This document shows, one piece after another, positions 11,172 to 24,731 of a DNA stretch of 64,000 nt; the first letter of the stretch is position 1; the number at the start of each line of letters is the position of its first letter. Under the pieces are notes generated by a model. It did not search any database. It saw nothing but the letters and a program-made list of their open reading frames with translations, and was not told the DNA's origin. This stretch comes from Anthoceros angustus (taxonomy: Eukaryota; Plantae; Anthocerotophyta): the NCBI GenBank assembly GCA_010909165.1, contig VJWM01000116.1, positions 888,585-952,584 of the forward strand. The letters are read 5' to 3'. The position numbers and the translations under genes were made by a program.

Positions 11172-12700
11172 GCCTCGGCTCTCCGCCGGCTCCCCACATG
11201 TATCTCTACTGCGCAGCACCGAAGCAATAACGCTCATGCACCGAAATTCCTCCAAACCAGACGCAGCAAAATTCCTGCGGAGGCCAACAGAACCATGCGT
11301 CAGATTTGCACCGCAACACAAGCATGCTTCCTCTACAAAACCAGTGAATGCGCCCCAGCCACCATTCACGGCCCGACCCCAGGTTCTCAGTCCAACCGAA
11401 CACACGACAAGCAGCCAGAACGCTTCAACATTCCACCCACCCGCAAAGACCAGGACACGCACCTCCGAGGCCCCGGCTGGCCCGACGCAATCCTCACCCG
11501 AGGCTGCCAACCGCGCAGCAGACGGATCCACCAGATCCGAATCTACCAGCCGCACCTTCCCGCTGAGAATGGGAACAGCTGTTATTAAAGCGAGGGGCGT
11601 CGGAAAGAATCGCCGCGGGACGATACGAGACGCTGTGAGAGACGCTCTTGGTAACGGAAGCGCATGCAGAGCGGCGATCGCGGGAGAGCAGCTGGAAAAA
11701 ATGAGAGGGCGATGGAGGATTTGGCGCCACGATTGGCGATTGGCAGATGACGCCTTTTTCACGACCCGAACGTACCCGCTCTTTCCACCAAGCGTGACCG
11801 ACAATGCCTTGACGCCCAAGATAACCAACATCCGTTCCCACCACACTGCAAATGCTGATGTGGACAAAAACTGCCCCAGCCTCCAAGGTAGGCGGACGAG
11901 AAGGTGACGTGGAAAGTTCGAGGAAGCTGCGGTTATGATCTATGTTCTGCATTATTGCGAATTTATAGCCTCGCCGGGTGAAACGCTCAACGAGGGAGTC
12001 CGGCTGCTTCCAGCAATTCACTGACAGCGGATGACAGTCTTGGTGGACCAAGACTGTCATTCTGCGCGCATGGGCAAGAGTTGCATGCAGGCCATACAAA
12101 CTTCACTCACAGGCTTCTGCAGAGAGTTCGCGTCCCCGCCCGGCATGACATGACCGCCAAGGAGTCCTTGGCGAGGGCCACCTCGGCTGTGGCGACAATC
12201 CCAAGGGCCTCGCTCCCTACGGCTCCGAGGACTCCTCGAGTGCCGTGCTGTTGACTTGATGAAAAAACTGGTTGAGATCTACCCGGCGGTGGAAAGCCTT
12301 AATCTCGCCAATGGAAGGCCGGAGACCTACTCCACCCTTACCGAGGAAGATGCTACAACAACAACAACTTTATTTATGCTAAACAAACAAACAATAAACC
12401 TTCTCTTCTCCCACCTGACACGAAATCGATGGAAGGCAACCGCGCCATATAAGAGGGAAATGCTAAATACTTAGGAGACATGGGTTATTGTCTAGACGGA
12501 CCTCTGAGGAGATCCTTCACGGGATACAGCCTATGTGTTCGTGCCCTCACATGCCCTCCTGAGAAGCTAGCCTCGTGGAGCATCCAAGAAATAGATGGCC
12601 CGACCACCTCATCTAGACTTCTTGGACAGTCCTTGGGAACTCGAGGGTACATCCTCGTCTCGATCCTTGGCATGATACTGTCTTTGTTTCCCATGCTACT

Positions 12701-15400
12701 TCATAGTGCCAAAGCAGGAGGGCAAGTACTATCAACCTCAAGCTTCCGCAACGAGCTCAGCACATCGTCCAAGGCCAAGGCCCAGTGGGTCCAGTGAGTG
12801 CCCCCCTGCAGGCAAGAATTGGGTTCGACTGCTCAGGCCATAATCGGGGGCAAATGTGACAGTAACGAGCAATGAAAACGAACCTGACAGAAGACAACAA
12901 AGGGTTCCCTCAAGGGCCCGTCGCACGACAGCTCACTGGTGCTGCCGTCCACAAATGTGCCGTCTGCGAAAACAACCTGGTTTGATTCACCATGCACCAG
13001 CATTAGAGTTAGCCCTGGCTCTCTCCAGCCTGCACATCTCGGAGCCGATGCAGCAATGTATGGCAGCCCTTATTTTCGGGCAAAGGTAAAGGTGGGGAGT
13101 TTTAGTGGGTGAGGGAGTTCTTCCCAAGTCCCACATAACCTGCGATGGTATCTAGGCACGTACTCAGATGACCTCGGGAAGAGTAAAGTCTCTTCCTGTT
13201 GGGATGATACGATGTGTAACATAGGGGAATCAGAACCCTTGCTGAAGATTTCTCCCCCGGGGTTGTTTTGATTTATTTTCAAAATACCAAATTAAAAAAA
13301 AAAAAAAAAATCTCAGAGTGTAGCTGCAGCATACCTCAGACTCGTAACCTGCAGTGGCCCCTGCCATTGGCTGGATGTAGGCACCTACAGGACAACGCTT
13401 CTGTACTGCAGCGCAGAAGGCGAGCAGACGCTGCCGGTTTCCCAGCTCCACTGCCTGCGCAGGTGCAAAGTGCAAGTGCAGGTGAGATGGGTAGGAGCTT
13501 GGTGCAGAGTTGGTCCAGGAAGGAACAACGTTGCAGAAAGCACATCTGCAAAGCTGGTACCTGGATGATATCACGACGTTTCACTCGGGGGGCAGGTTGT
13601 ACTCTGAAGCCTTCAGCTGACATCACCTCTGCCACTAGCAAGGAGCTCTGCAAGCGAGGGAGCAAGCATCCGATCTGTCACAACAGATACTACCAGTGCA
13701 GCGTGTTTTAGTTTCAGGGGAAAAAGCTGGTCACCTTGATAGCTTCTCCCACCATCTGAGGAGCAAGGAACAGGCCCTGGAACAAGAGCCGCATCACCTC
13801 GCCAGAAGTTGAGCCAGAGTCCATGCCTATGCCAGGGGCTGAGAGGCGGGCAGCTGCTCCTGCAACCTTCTCAGCCTTGCCTGCTACGTAGCCCCCTGTA
13901 GGGGCAATGGTGCCCCCTGGATTCTTGATAAGGCTGCCAGCCATCAGGTCCGCTCCCTGATATGAGGAGACCGACCATCAGCATCAGAGCATTTGAAACC
14001 AGAGCACGGGGAGAGCAAGGCAACCAGAATAGGAAGGAGGGGACAGCTTTTACCACAGCAGTTGGCTCCAAGGTCTCTATGAACTCGCCATAGCAGTTAT
14101 CGACAACAACCACACAGTTGGGATTCTGCGCCTGAAAGAAAGGAAGTGCATCCACGTCTCATGGTTCACACAACATGGACGTATCCGTATCTGATAATCA
14201 AATCAGGTAATCAGGTACGAGGCGAATCACTACGATGGATAGAGCTCCATGTAAACCTGGCTGCAGTTTCAGGGAGGATATTTAACTCGCCTTGATGATC
14301 TCAATGGCACGCTGGATCTCTGACACACTCAACGTCTGCCGCCATGAATATCCACAGGATCGCTGAATCAAGGCACACTGCGTCTCAGGCCTCACTCCAA
14401 CAGAGAGAGCCTCCCAATCCAGTCCCCCGTCTGCAGCAAGCTACACCAGTAGGAACTGTTGACACACCCTTTGCCAGGCACAGCAGATAACAACAATGAT
14501 CGGCAAACAGAGGCACATCCTACCTGGATCTCTCTGTAGGAAACCCCAAACTCTCTCAGCGACCCTTGCCCTGGTGAGCCGCGCAAGCCGATCACTTCCT
14601 CCAAAGTGTCATACGGTGCACCTGCAACTGACAGCAGCTGGAACAGACCATAAAAACCCAATCCAATCCAATCCGGCAGGCAAGCCCATTACAACAAGAG
14701 GCAAAACGCAGTGCAGCCATGTCTACCTCGCCGTCAGGTCGAAGAGCAGCAAAAAGTGCACAGGCAATCGCATGTGTCCCAGAGAAAAACTGCATTCACA
14801 CAGAAGAAAGCCACCCGTCAGCGGATACACTTCCTTCCATGATTCAAAGATGGGACGCCGCAGTACTGACCTGAGAACGGACTAGGGCAGCTTCTGCACC
14901 GACAACCTCAGCAAAAGCCCTGTCCAGAGCTTCCCGCCCTCCCGCATCGCTGTGGCCGTACCCTGTGGTGCCTGCAAAATGCTGCACCAGAGCTGGTGAT
15001 TCAGAAACGCAGCGAATCCAAAATCCAGACTCAAAGCAGCCAGAGCAGCACCCTCACATGAGACCCAACGCGCGCATTTGCATAGGCTTTGAGCACTCGG
15101 TTGATGTTCATTCCAACCATTCCGTCCACAGCTGCGAAATGCGGACCCAGCACGTTCACAGCCTCTGCCACCTGCCCACACCACATTCCCATCGTCACTC
15201 CGAATTATCCCATATTGTGCAGAAAGCGTCCGCTCCACCACCTGCCTTCCTACCTCACTGCAGAAAGGGGACGAGTCCGTGGAGTAACAGCTCCGCAGTG
15301 CTCCCGGTCTGAAACCGCCCCTCCAGCTTTTCACAGCTACCTCCTGATAGGGGAGGAGAGGCTGGAGCTGGAAAGGGAGCAAGATTGCCATCGCCGCCAT
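12701..15400 (-). CDS. PLP-dependent aluminium-resistance / methionine gamma-lyase family protein (YnbB-like), ~12 exons, N-terminal transit-peptide-like extension
   Basis: Spliced exons give HFAGTTGYGHSDAGGREALD, FFSGTHAIACALF, GAPYDTLEEVIG, IQRSCGYSWR, VVVDNCYGEF, MAGSLIKNPGGTIAPTGGYVAG, FADGTFVDGSTSELSCDGPLREP and GGTHWTHW..L*. GT-AG introns, ATG 15400, TGA 12701-12703. Confidence 0.9.
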
Positions 15401-15705
15401 TTTGGCGGTGGGAGGGGGAAATTATATGACCGTTCTCGGTCTCCTGGAGAGGACATCTCTGCCCTGTAGTAGACAGAAGGCATGGGGAGGAGAGAGCAGG
15501 AGCCACGTCACGGCGTGGCGGGAAACGCATTGCGTGGCGGGAGTTTCTCTCCCGCTCATTGGTTCTTGCCGTGCGTTGGTGTCGGGGAGGGACTGTTGGT
15601 TCGCAATCAGAGCACGATCCGGCAGCATCTTCGTTGGCCCACGACTTCCTCCGGGCCTCAAGACTCTGTGTCGGGATTCGGCTCGATGAGCTGGGCGATT
15701 GCTGG

Positions 15706-17952
15706 ATGAAGGTTCTCGCTGGCGTGTTCGGCGGAGTGTGGGAGATGGCGGCTGGGCGGAGGAGCCTGGCTGCGCTCAATGTGCGCCTGGCACCATCGCC
15801 TACCAAGCTCAAGCTGGGCTCCGGGAGCGAGGGGGGAGTCCGCAGCTCTGTGACCGCGCTCACGCCTAGCCCCCGGGAGGCCAAGGCGCCGTCATGGGAG
15901 CTCGGCGGGAGCTCGGAGATGGTGCTGCCCGCGCAGCGGTATCAATTGAGCCGCGCGGCCGGGAAGAGGCAGCAGGGGAGCAAGCGGAAGCTGGACTTCG
16001 ATGCTGTGGCGGGCGGGCTGCCGGGCATCGTGAAGCGGGAGGTGGTGGAGGAGGAGAAGGAGGAGGAGGAGCCCAAGCCGGGGCCCAGGACTAGGAGGAG
16101 GACGCTGCGGGGAGCGGGCAATGGTGGAGCAGGCGTCGGCGTCCCGGCGCCGGGGAAGGGGTCTCTGCAGCGGGTGGAGGCCGGGGGGAAAAGGAAGAGG
16201 TTCACGTCCGTGCCCAGCTCGGGGCCGGAGCCTGAGGAGGGCCGGGATGGCGCGGGGAAGGTGCGCAGGATTGGGGGGAAGAGCAGAGTCAGGATTGTGA
16301 AGGAGGAGGTTGTGGGGTCCGGGGAGGTGGAGGATGTGAAGCCGGTGCTTGTGGGTGCTGCGGGAGAGCTGGAGGATGTGAAGCCGGTGCTTGTGGGTGC
16401 TGCGAGAGAGCTGGAGGATGTGAAGCCGGTGCTTGTGGGTGCTGCGAGAGAGCCGGTGTTTGCCTCTGATGTGGGTGGTGGAGAAGTTCTGGATTCTTCC
16501 TCGTCTTCCAGGCGGGCGAGAACACGGCCTGCTGCTGCCCCTGTTGCACCCGTGGCTGGCTCAGTTGTCTTGGCAGCAGCGGCGTCGGGTGACGCATCGT
16601 GTGTGTCTGTTTACAACGGGCCGTATCCGAATTACAGCCGTCCTCTTGCGGAAGAATGCAGGGAAGTGGCTGAGCGTCTGTACAGGATTCACGGATCCCC
16701 TCCCGAGTTTGAGCGGCACCGGCGGCGGAGCCAGGTTACCCCCACAGCTGTCCGGGATGGAACAGAGCCGGAGAGCGATTGCAGAACTGACGGCAGTGAA
16801 GTGCTGGCTCTCACGTACCATTCTGTGAGTGAGTGTGAAACTGTTGCGTATTGCCTGCAAAGCTGGTGGTGATTGGTTAGTTGGATGGTTGGTTGGTCTT
16901 TCCGCTGATGGGGATGGGGCATTTCTGGCAGGATGGTCAGTCCGGGGTCCTGGATGGCAGCAGCGCGGAGGCAGCTTGCAGTGTCCTGGATGAGCGATTG
17001 CGGACGGTGGAGAAGTTGGAGTACTCTCCTGAAGACAGGCTCGCCCTCTCCTGTGTGTTGAATGACGAGGCCGTTATTGGGATTCCCAGTGTGCAGCGGT
17101 CCGTGCTGGACTCCCTGGTAGGGACAATCCTGTCTCAGAATACAACCGATGCGAACTCGTCGAAAGCTTTTCACAATCTCAAGAAAGTGTTTCCTACGTG
17201 GGAAGAGGTAAAGTTAGGATGCTCTTTTGTCAAGGTTTTCTTTTATGTGTAGTGGGGTTATTTGAGGAACGGGCACCCTGATCGACCCCCTGTCCGAACT
17301 ACATGCAGGTTCAGCGAGCAGAACCGGCTGCAGTGGCCGATGCTATCAGGTGTGCAGGTCTAGCCGCCACTAAAGGACAGCGTATCCAGACGATACTCAC
17401 CACTTTGCTGGAAGAACGTGGCAAGATATGCTTGGAGCACCTCCGTCATATGTCCGAGGGAGCAATCAAGGCAGAGCTTGGTCGGTTCAAGGGAGTAGGA
17501 CCCAAGACGGTGGCCTGTGTGTTGATGTTCCATCTTCAGCGAGATGAGTTCCCTGTTGACACACATGTAAGTCTTTTCGGTGCTCTTTGGATCATGTTGT
17601 GCCAAAGCTTTTTTTTTGCTCGGATTTAACTGGAATGTTTCTTTTGTCCGAACTGCAGGTTTTCAGGATTTCTAAGATGCTTGGCTGGGTTCCTCCAGAG
17701 GCAGACAGGGAAAGGACATACCTACATCTGAACGAGCGAATTCCCAACCATCTCAAGTTTGATCTCCATTGTATGTTTGTCACCCATGGGAGAAGCTGCC
17801 CACATTGTGCTGCTGGTGGCAGGCCGCGGAAGAAGACAGAAGGTCCCTGTCCTCTGCTGAATTGGAGTGGCATTTTTCTCTCAAGGAAGAACTCTGCCAC
17901 TTCCTCTATCGAGGACGAAAAAGCAGAAGTGAAATTGATCAAGAGCGACTGA
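15706..17952 (+). CDS. HhH-GPD superfamily DNA glycosylase (plant At3g47830-like), 4 exons, long basic/acidic N-terminus
   Basis: SVLDSLVGTILSQNTTDANSSKAF, IRCAGLAATKGQRI, LGRFKGVGPKTVACVLMFHLQRDEFPVDTHV (HhH + PVD), and LHCMFVTHGRSCPHC. The start could be ATG 15706 or 15919. Confidence 0.88.
16328..16460 (+). repeat. 42-bp coding tandem repeat (EDVKPVLVGAAxEL x3)
   Basis: tggaggatgtgaagccggtgcttgtgggtgctgcg appears three times at a 42-bp period. Confidence 0.9.
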
Positions 17953-18035
17953 CTGCTGGAGGTTCTCTAGGATGACTTGTCACCCTTGAATAACCCAGGT
18001 CTGTACAGCTTGCCTAATCGGGCAATTCCAGGGTT

Positions 18036-18372
18036 GATGCTTGGCTGGGTTCCTACATAGGCAGACAGGGAAAGGACATACCTACATCTGAACGAGCGAA
18101 TTTCCAACCATCTCAAGTTTGATCTCCATTGTATGTTTGTCACCCATGGGAGAATCTGCCCACATTGTGGGCCGCGGAAGAAGAAAGAAGGTCCCTGTCG
18201 TATGCTGAATTGGAGTGGCAGTTTTCTCTCAAGGAAGAACTCCTTCCACTTCGTCTATCGAAGACGAAAAAGCAGCAGTGAAATTGATCAAGAGCGACTG
18301 ACTGCTGGAGGTGCTCTAGGATGACTTGTCACCCTTGAAGAACCCGACTCTGTACAGCTTGCCTAATCGGGC
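18036..18372 (+). pseudogene. Tandem degenerate duplicate of the last exon + 3' region of the glycosylase gene
   Basis: Near-identical to 17676-18023, but CCA GAG has become ACA TAG (in-frame stop at 18058-18060), and there is a deletion and a frameshift. Confidence 0.88.
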
Positions 18373-18561
18373 TATTTCGGGTCTTCTATCGGTGGCAATG
18401 CCAGCTTTTTTACTAGTACTTTAGACAACACGGCAATAGAATCGGACCGGAGCATAGGTCTCTAACGCTTGATTGCAGACGAGGAGCATGTAGTCTGGCA
18501 TGTCATGTGGAGACTCATTTTTGGCTGCCAAATGGTACCAGCCGAATAATGCCATAACAGT

Positions 18562-18645
18562 AAAACAGGATCCTACATTACCAAAAACAGGATGCTACAT
18601 CACCGAAAACAGGATGCTATATCACTAAAAACAGGATGCTACATG
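18562..18645. repeat. ~21-bp tandem repeat (aaaacaggatgctacatcacc) x4
   Basis: aaacaggat core repeated four times. Confidence 0.75.
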
Positions 18646-20590
18646 ACGTTTAAGAATTTGGATAGCCAGGTTGAATTGACCAAGGATCTCTCCGCCTTTC
18701 TGGATCTGTGCATATCAATGCTTTGTATTTTAGGACAAGATCTAAAATGGTATGTCTCTCTTAGAAAACCATGGAAGTTTTCCTAGCAATAGTCTATTTA
18801 TAAAAATCATGAAAGTTTTCTCGTAATTTAGCTATCAAAATTGGAGGAATGGAGCTTAGTAGATTAAATATAAAAATTTATTTTATTATATATATCGATA
18901 ATAATTTATTTATGTCCTCTAAAGGTGGAGGAACCACCATGGGACAGAACTCGTATAATGTTTTTGGATCCTCTTTTTGTCTGAGCAAATGAACAACCCA
19001 CTCACATAGACTTGTCGAAGAAGAAAGAAGTTCTTTTCTTAAGAATTCTTGGTCAAGGAGGTTCTTTTCTTATAGCATATCCCAAATATCTTATAGATGA
19101 ATCAGCTAAAATTTTGACCACAAATGGTTAAACAAATCATATGCATATGGGTTCATGATGTGCTATCAAAAACATTTCGAATGCAACTCCGTATGTTTTC
19201 AGCTTAGATATGGTTTATCTAAAGGTTTGGATGATAGTAGAAGTAAAGACATATAGTAGATATAGTACTGATCTACAAGAAACTCTCAAAATGGTGCCTT
19301 CTAGTTGCAATTTCGAAAATGACCAAGTTTTTAAAGAAAGAGTTAATAATTTTTTTTAATATATGATAAAAGAGGTTGATTAAATTTTGGTTCACGAATC
19401 ATATTATGTATAACATTGTATACCTCCAATTCATTATAATTTATATATAAAAAATAGGTATACAACTTGTTTCTTTCTATCTAATCTAATTTGATACTTA
19501 CCTATGCAAGTTCGGCATTTAAAATGTATGAGCTGGTGTTCCTTGTTTCAAAATGATTTGTTAAGTTGTTTTTTAAAATAATTAAATTTAAATATAGAAA
19601 ATTTTATATATTATTTGGTCCCATTAAATATGCCTTATTTTTCTTTCTATAAATAAACTATATGATAATAATTCATCCAATTAGAAAAATAATTAGAACT
19701 AATTTACTGTAAAATTAGTATCTAGTGGTGAATACAATTCCTTGGTAGAAGAAAATTAAATTTATTTGCATTCTTCAGCACTCATGAAGGTAAATTCATG
19801 GCAAAGTAGGATAGGATCCAAGAACCCATTTTACTTATTAAATCTTTATAGGTATTATACACTCTTGAAGAAAGTTAAAAAATAAATTAACTCAATTACA
19901 AATATATTCTTATATATGAGCTGAATGAAGACTTCGGATGATACTTTAGTCTATCTGTATGATTGTAAGCTTTAACTTTAAATTAACTTAGTTCCCGGCT
20001 ATGTACATAGGTAGGTAGTGCAACCTCCATATGTACCTATGTACATATGTACCTAGTTAGAGACGGTATATAAGTCGGTAATTCGCTCCACACGAAGAGG
20101 CGCCTACGGACGGGGATGTAGACTATGTTCGAACAAGAGGCAAACAGGAATGATTCACCTACAGCTTTTGAATACAACAGCCTGCTCCCGCGCTTGGATG
20201 CAGATCTCATGCTTTGTCCAGGGATGTTGTCCGAAGTTGCGTGCAGAGTCATATCCACGCTGCAATTGAGCTCTGTTTAAGTCTTCTAAGGCGTTTCCAG
20301 TGCTTGGTGTCTGAGCTTCACCGAATTTTGCCTGTACTGAAATGCGCGACACAATCGTCAGGGGTAACAGTTTTGACTATGCTACAGGGACCCTCAAACC
20401 TGATACTGCAGGTTGTAGGCTTGTGGTGATAAGAACGTGCTTGTGTGCCTGAAAGGTTGCAGCAGACAGCAGTCGGCTAGGAGGTGAAGAAACTTGAGCT
20501 TTGGTCCTTACGGGCTTGTGGGAGATCTGATCTTCAGTGCGAGCTCTAGTTTCCTCCTAGCACACATGCGTGCGGCCCCGGCGGGCAGGA

Positions 20591-22930
20591 ATGGACGACT
20601 ACATGCGAGAGATGATGGATCTTAAGTCCCTGGTGACCAAGACTCTTGAAAAGAAGGGAGTCCTTGCGCGCATCAGGGTCCGCTTACTACCGGCCTTGCC
20701 TTGATGTGTATTCTCTTTCAATCGGGATGTCCCTTCGCGCATCTCCTGGGTGTCAGATGCAAGGAGCTAGGGCGTGGAGTCCTGTTTGCTGCATGAGTGT
20801 GGTTGGGATGTGTGTTGTTCATGCTGTCTTCGCAAATGCAGGCAGAATTAAGGGCAAATGTCTTTGCGGCCATTGAGGAGCAAGACAGGGCATCTGAGGG
20901 TGAAGATGCGGCATTTGCGCTGCTGGGAGGCTGCAATGAACGGGCCAAAAAGCTACACAACTCCGCGACAGGTTTTTGCGCTCCCCGTCCAAATCTGGCT
21001 TCATAACCCTATGCTCGCAGCAGGAGAGATTGGTGTAGCGTTTTGTTGCCGTATCTACTTCCTCTGAAGATGGCAGCAACATTGTAGAGGATTTTTGTAG
21101 TGGGCTATATTGTGAAGGATAAAAGCTTGTAGCGTTTCGCATTTGTGTCAACATTGTTCGTCAATTCTATACAGGCAAGCTGCTGAGTTCACTCGTTCTG
21201 GAGTATCTGGAATGGTGTGAGCTGGATCACACAGCCAAAGTATACCTACCCGAGTGCAATTTGGTATTTCCACCGTCGTATGTCCTCTCGTAGACGATTT
21301 TGTCTTTTAGCTTTCCTTTCCGATTGTATGACCCGTTTGATGTGCAGAATGTGCTTTCGTCAGTAGCTCTGCTTACAGTGCATACAGGTTCCCTGGATGT
21401 GTAACCCCAGTACCTGTGTTACCCTCAGTCCAGAGGCTTTTCAAGGTCGGAGCTTGAAGAGAAACTGGGACTGAAGCACGAGGCCGAGGCTAGCAGGGAT
21501 TCCGACTCTCGTCCTCTGCTCTTAGAAGTTTTGGAGTCGTTCTTAAAAACTGGGGTAAAAGAGCAAGCATTTCCTGAACCAATCGAAGTAGAAGATGTAG
21601 CACTACACCCGCGTTTTCCCCTGTTTCATCTCCTGCTTATTCTGGATGTGCCTTACTGACCTTTTCATTGATGTTTGAAGCACTAAGCCATAGTATCCCT
21701 AAGGCTGGCTGTGTGGCTCATTGTTTCCTCATAGCAGGTGGCAACTCCATCAAGCTCTAAAGCTGCAAACATGCTGAGGTCAGCAAATCGAGGTGCTGAA
21801 AGTACTGCTTTTAATGAGCCCACCAAGGACTCTGACAAAGCTGCTGGGAGATCATCTGCATCACTACTTGGGAACCTGCCTCCTCTACGAAGACCTGGAG
21901 GGTAAACCCAAGCCCCTTTGCTGGGCGTGCCATCGAATGTGCCAGTTTTGGTGACTTTTTCTTGCTGACCCTGCAAACTGATTGCAGTCTCACACCTATT
22001 GGAACAGCTAGGGGGAACTCTTCCTCCATTGCCAGTTCCAACTCGTCAGATTCTGGTGCTTCAGGTATTTACCCTACGTAGATACTATTCCCTTTGGATA
22101 TTATTTCCCACTTGTCTTCATTGGTCGGGGGTGGATCTACTAAAATCAAGTTCTACAACGAGGCTGTGATCGTCGTGCTGTTGTCTTGTACACCTAGTGG
22201 CTTCAAGGGATAGCCTAGCCTCTTCAGTTGGGAAAAAGGAAGACGGAGTACGCCGTGACGAGGGTCAGCGCAGTGTGCCCAAGACTGCTGAAGGGGGTCG
22301 GGTTGGGAAAGAACCTTCAACCAGCCCTCTAATCCTTAGGTACATCCTAACCCGTAGTCCACATCTTGCAGGCTAAGATGATGGCGTTTGTTCATTTGAA
22401 GTCACCTTCTCTTCGTGATTGATCTTTTGGTAAAACAGGATAATTAAATGTTTCTCTGTGTGATTGAATGATCGGCTCCAGTCAGTCAAAAATTGCAGCT
22501 TCCTTGGACACGGTAGCGATTGATGCCATTGGTCTCGGTAAGTCCCGAGAATTTCCGTCTAGTTGCATGATATTTCCGTATGAATGGCCGGTTCTTTATG
22601 TTGGCCGTGTCTGCACAGATGATGACACTGCCTCCGAAGACAATGCCAGCAGGCACAGTAACTTGAGTAACCAGCAATTATCGTCAAAACGTAGGGAGGT
22701 TTCTGGAGAGTCTGCCGAAAGTAGGAGCTTGAGCGCATCATCCTCTCTCAGGTATAGCCTTTCTGTTTTCTAGTTTGGACTGCTTCTCGACTCCCTGGTT
22801 TGGTCCCCAGGTGCCGTTAGGGAACACTGTGTTCGTGTATTGTTTGTAACACACTATTCTTGTGTACAGAAAGAAAGGTTCCTCGGCATACTTCTACAGC
22901 GATAGTGAGGATGATGTCTCTCTAGAGTAA
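20591..22930 (+). CDS. TON1: TONNEAU1 (FOP/LisH-domain cortical microtubule organiser), multi-exon
   Basis: MDDYMREMMDLKSLVTKTLEKKGVLARIR|AELRANVFAAIEEQD..LLGGCNERAKKLH|GKLLSSLVLEYLEWCELDHTAKVYLPECNL..PLLLEVLESFLK. The Ser-rich C-terminal exons ending SDSEDDVSLE* are less certain. Confidence 0.9.
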
Positions 22931-24731
22931 GTCGCTCAATATTTGGTGGTATGGAGTGCCCTTATTGAAAGTCTTGGGGTCCAGTCAAAGTCTTAGCTAG
23001 TCACTAGAATGTGCAATGTTAAAGTGCTTTGTAGCTATGCTGGGTAATGATAGAATAACAAGGTCTTGTTTAATGGGTCCACTGGAACAACCCCAGGTAG
23101 GTGTAATAAAGTAAATTTTCGGTGACTGACAGTCTGTATGTAGGGGCCTTTGTAGTAATGTGGCATAGCGATAGATTAACAAGGAGGTCTCCTTAAATGA
23201 GTTCAGTGAAACAACCCGATGCGGGTGGAGTTGTAACCTTTTCTGAGACCGTGACATTCTGCATGTGGACTCGGACCGGTTCGTATCACCTTTAACTATT
23301 CTAGGATTCACCTTGCCATTGTATGCTCCTGGACTCATGGTTTTCAAGTTCTCCAGATATTGTTGGCCGTCGAAAATAACGCATTTAATGAAATAGTCAA
23401 TTCTGTGGCCTGCATGTATGTCTTGTCTTTGATGTGAGGCCTCTTGTTGGGTACTGTCACTTTTGGATAGTGTATGAGGACCCTCAGCCAGTGAAAACTT
23501 TTGACAAAACTGCTGTCCTTGTTGGGCTGGACCAGACAAAGAACTAACCTGACCGTCTAAAATGGGATCATCTGTCTTTGGTGATGAACACTCTTGCCTT
23601 CCTAGAATGAGTGCGCATAAGCGGTTCCAAATTGGCGCACAAGTCAGTGCATCTTGTTTGGCGGTTTCAAAGTTTTGCCTTGAGGAGGTTAATGAAAGCC
23701 TGCTTACCTTGCTAATCGCAGGGGTGTAGAAGATGGATTGATTGAAGATGATGTTGATGTGCACAGAGAGAATCTCTCATCGACCAAGGTTTGCAACTTA
23801 TGTATTTGCTGCACTTCATGATTTCCTGCCTAACCAGTGTCTAAGCTCGCCCAGTGCCTAACACGAAATATGACCCCTAAACGGACACAGTAATTAGCTA
23901 TCTGGTCCAGTTCTGGTGAAAAATAGCTGGGTTGCCTGTGTGGAAGTGGAGTGTTGGGTTGCACTCATGAGGTTCGGTCTGGGCTCTTGTGTCGCAGTAC
24001 TTGATGCTAGCAAGTCTGTGGGGCATTAACGTGAACTTGGTGGTAAGGAAATTCACCTGTGTTCTGTTATGGTGCAGTAAAGCGGAGTATGGTGGGTGGA
24101 CTCATGCTTTTATTCCCGGACCCGAGCGCCAGCAAACGCCAACAGACTTGTCTCCTCGGTCACAGCTTGACGGTCCCGGGCCTTGAGAGAGAACGGGGAG
24201 GTTCTGAAGACGGTTGTACAAGATTGCTGGCAGGATTCTCTTCTCAGATAATCTGTCCCCTGCTATCTTACCTTCAGAAGGGCGATTTTGGTTCCCCGGC
24301 AGATCCAGCTGGAGATGTGACCTGCTTGTCATAGTAAGCTGGCATTGAGGACTTTCAGGCCGTGCGTCCTTTCTAAGTACTGGAGCTGCGCAGGCTGTCT
24401 CTCCTTGCTCAGTACCACTGCTGAGCTTCTGTCTGAGGTTTGGACAGTCACCATTGAAGGGAGGGGTCAATTATTAGGCAGCAACTGTACCTGCGTCCGT
24501 GTCGAACGATCTTGTGCTCATTGTTGAGGGGTGAAAGGTGAACTTCTTTCGACAATTCACTGTCGCCTCGTGTAATCTATTACTACACATTAAATCCAGT
24601 GCTGGTTTGTTTGTTTGTTTGTTTGTTTAGTTGATGTCTGTGTGGTCGTAGACTCCGAAGCTCTGCTCAGATGAAGTGTCCTGTGGAGGTCCTAGTGAAC
24701 GTTCGCGGGTCACATCTCTTTGTAGGAACAG

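Noticed and set aside
22997-23764. 255-aa minus-strand ORF downstream of TON1
   Set aside because: Non-ATG start, no recognisable domain, atypical composition. Likely a chance ORF in 3' UTR/intergenic DNA.
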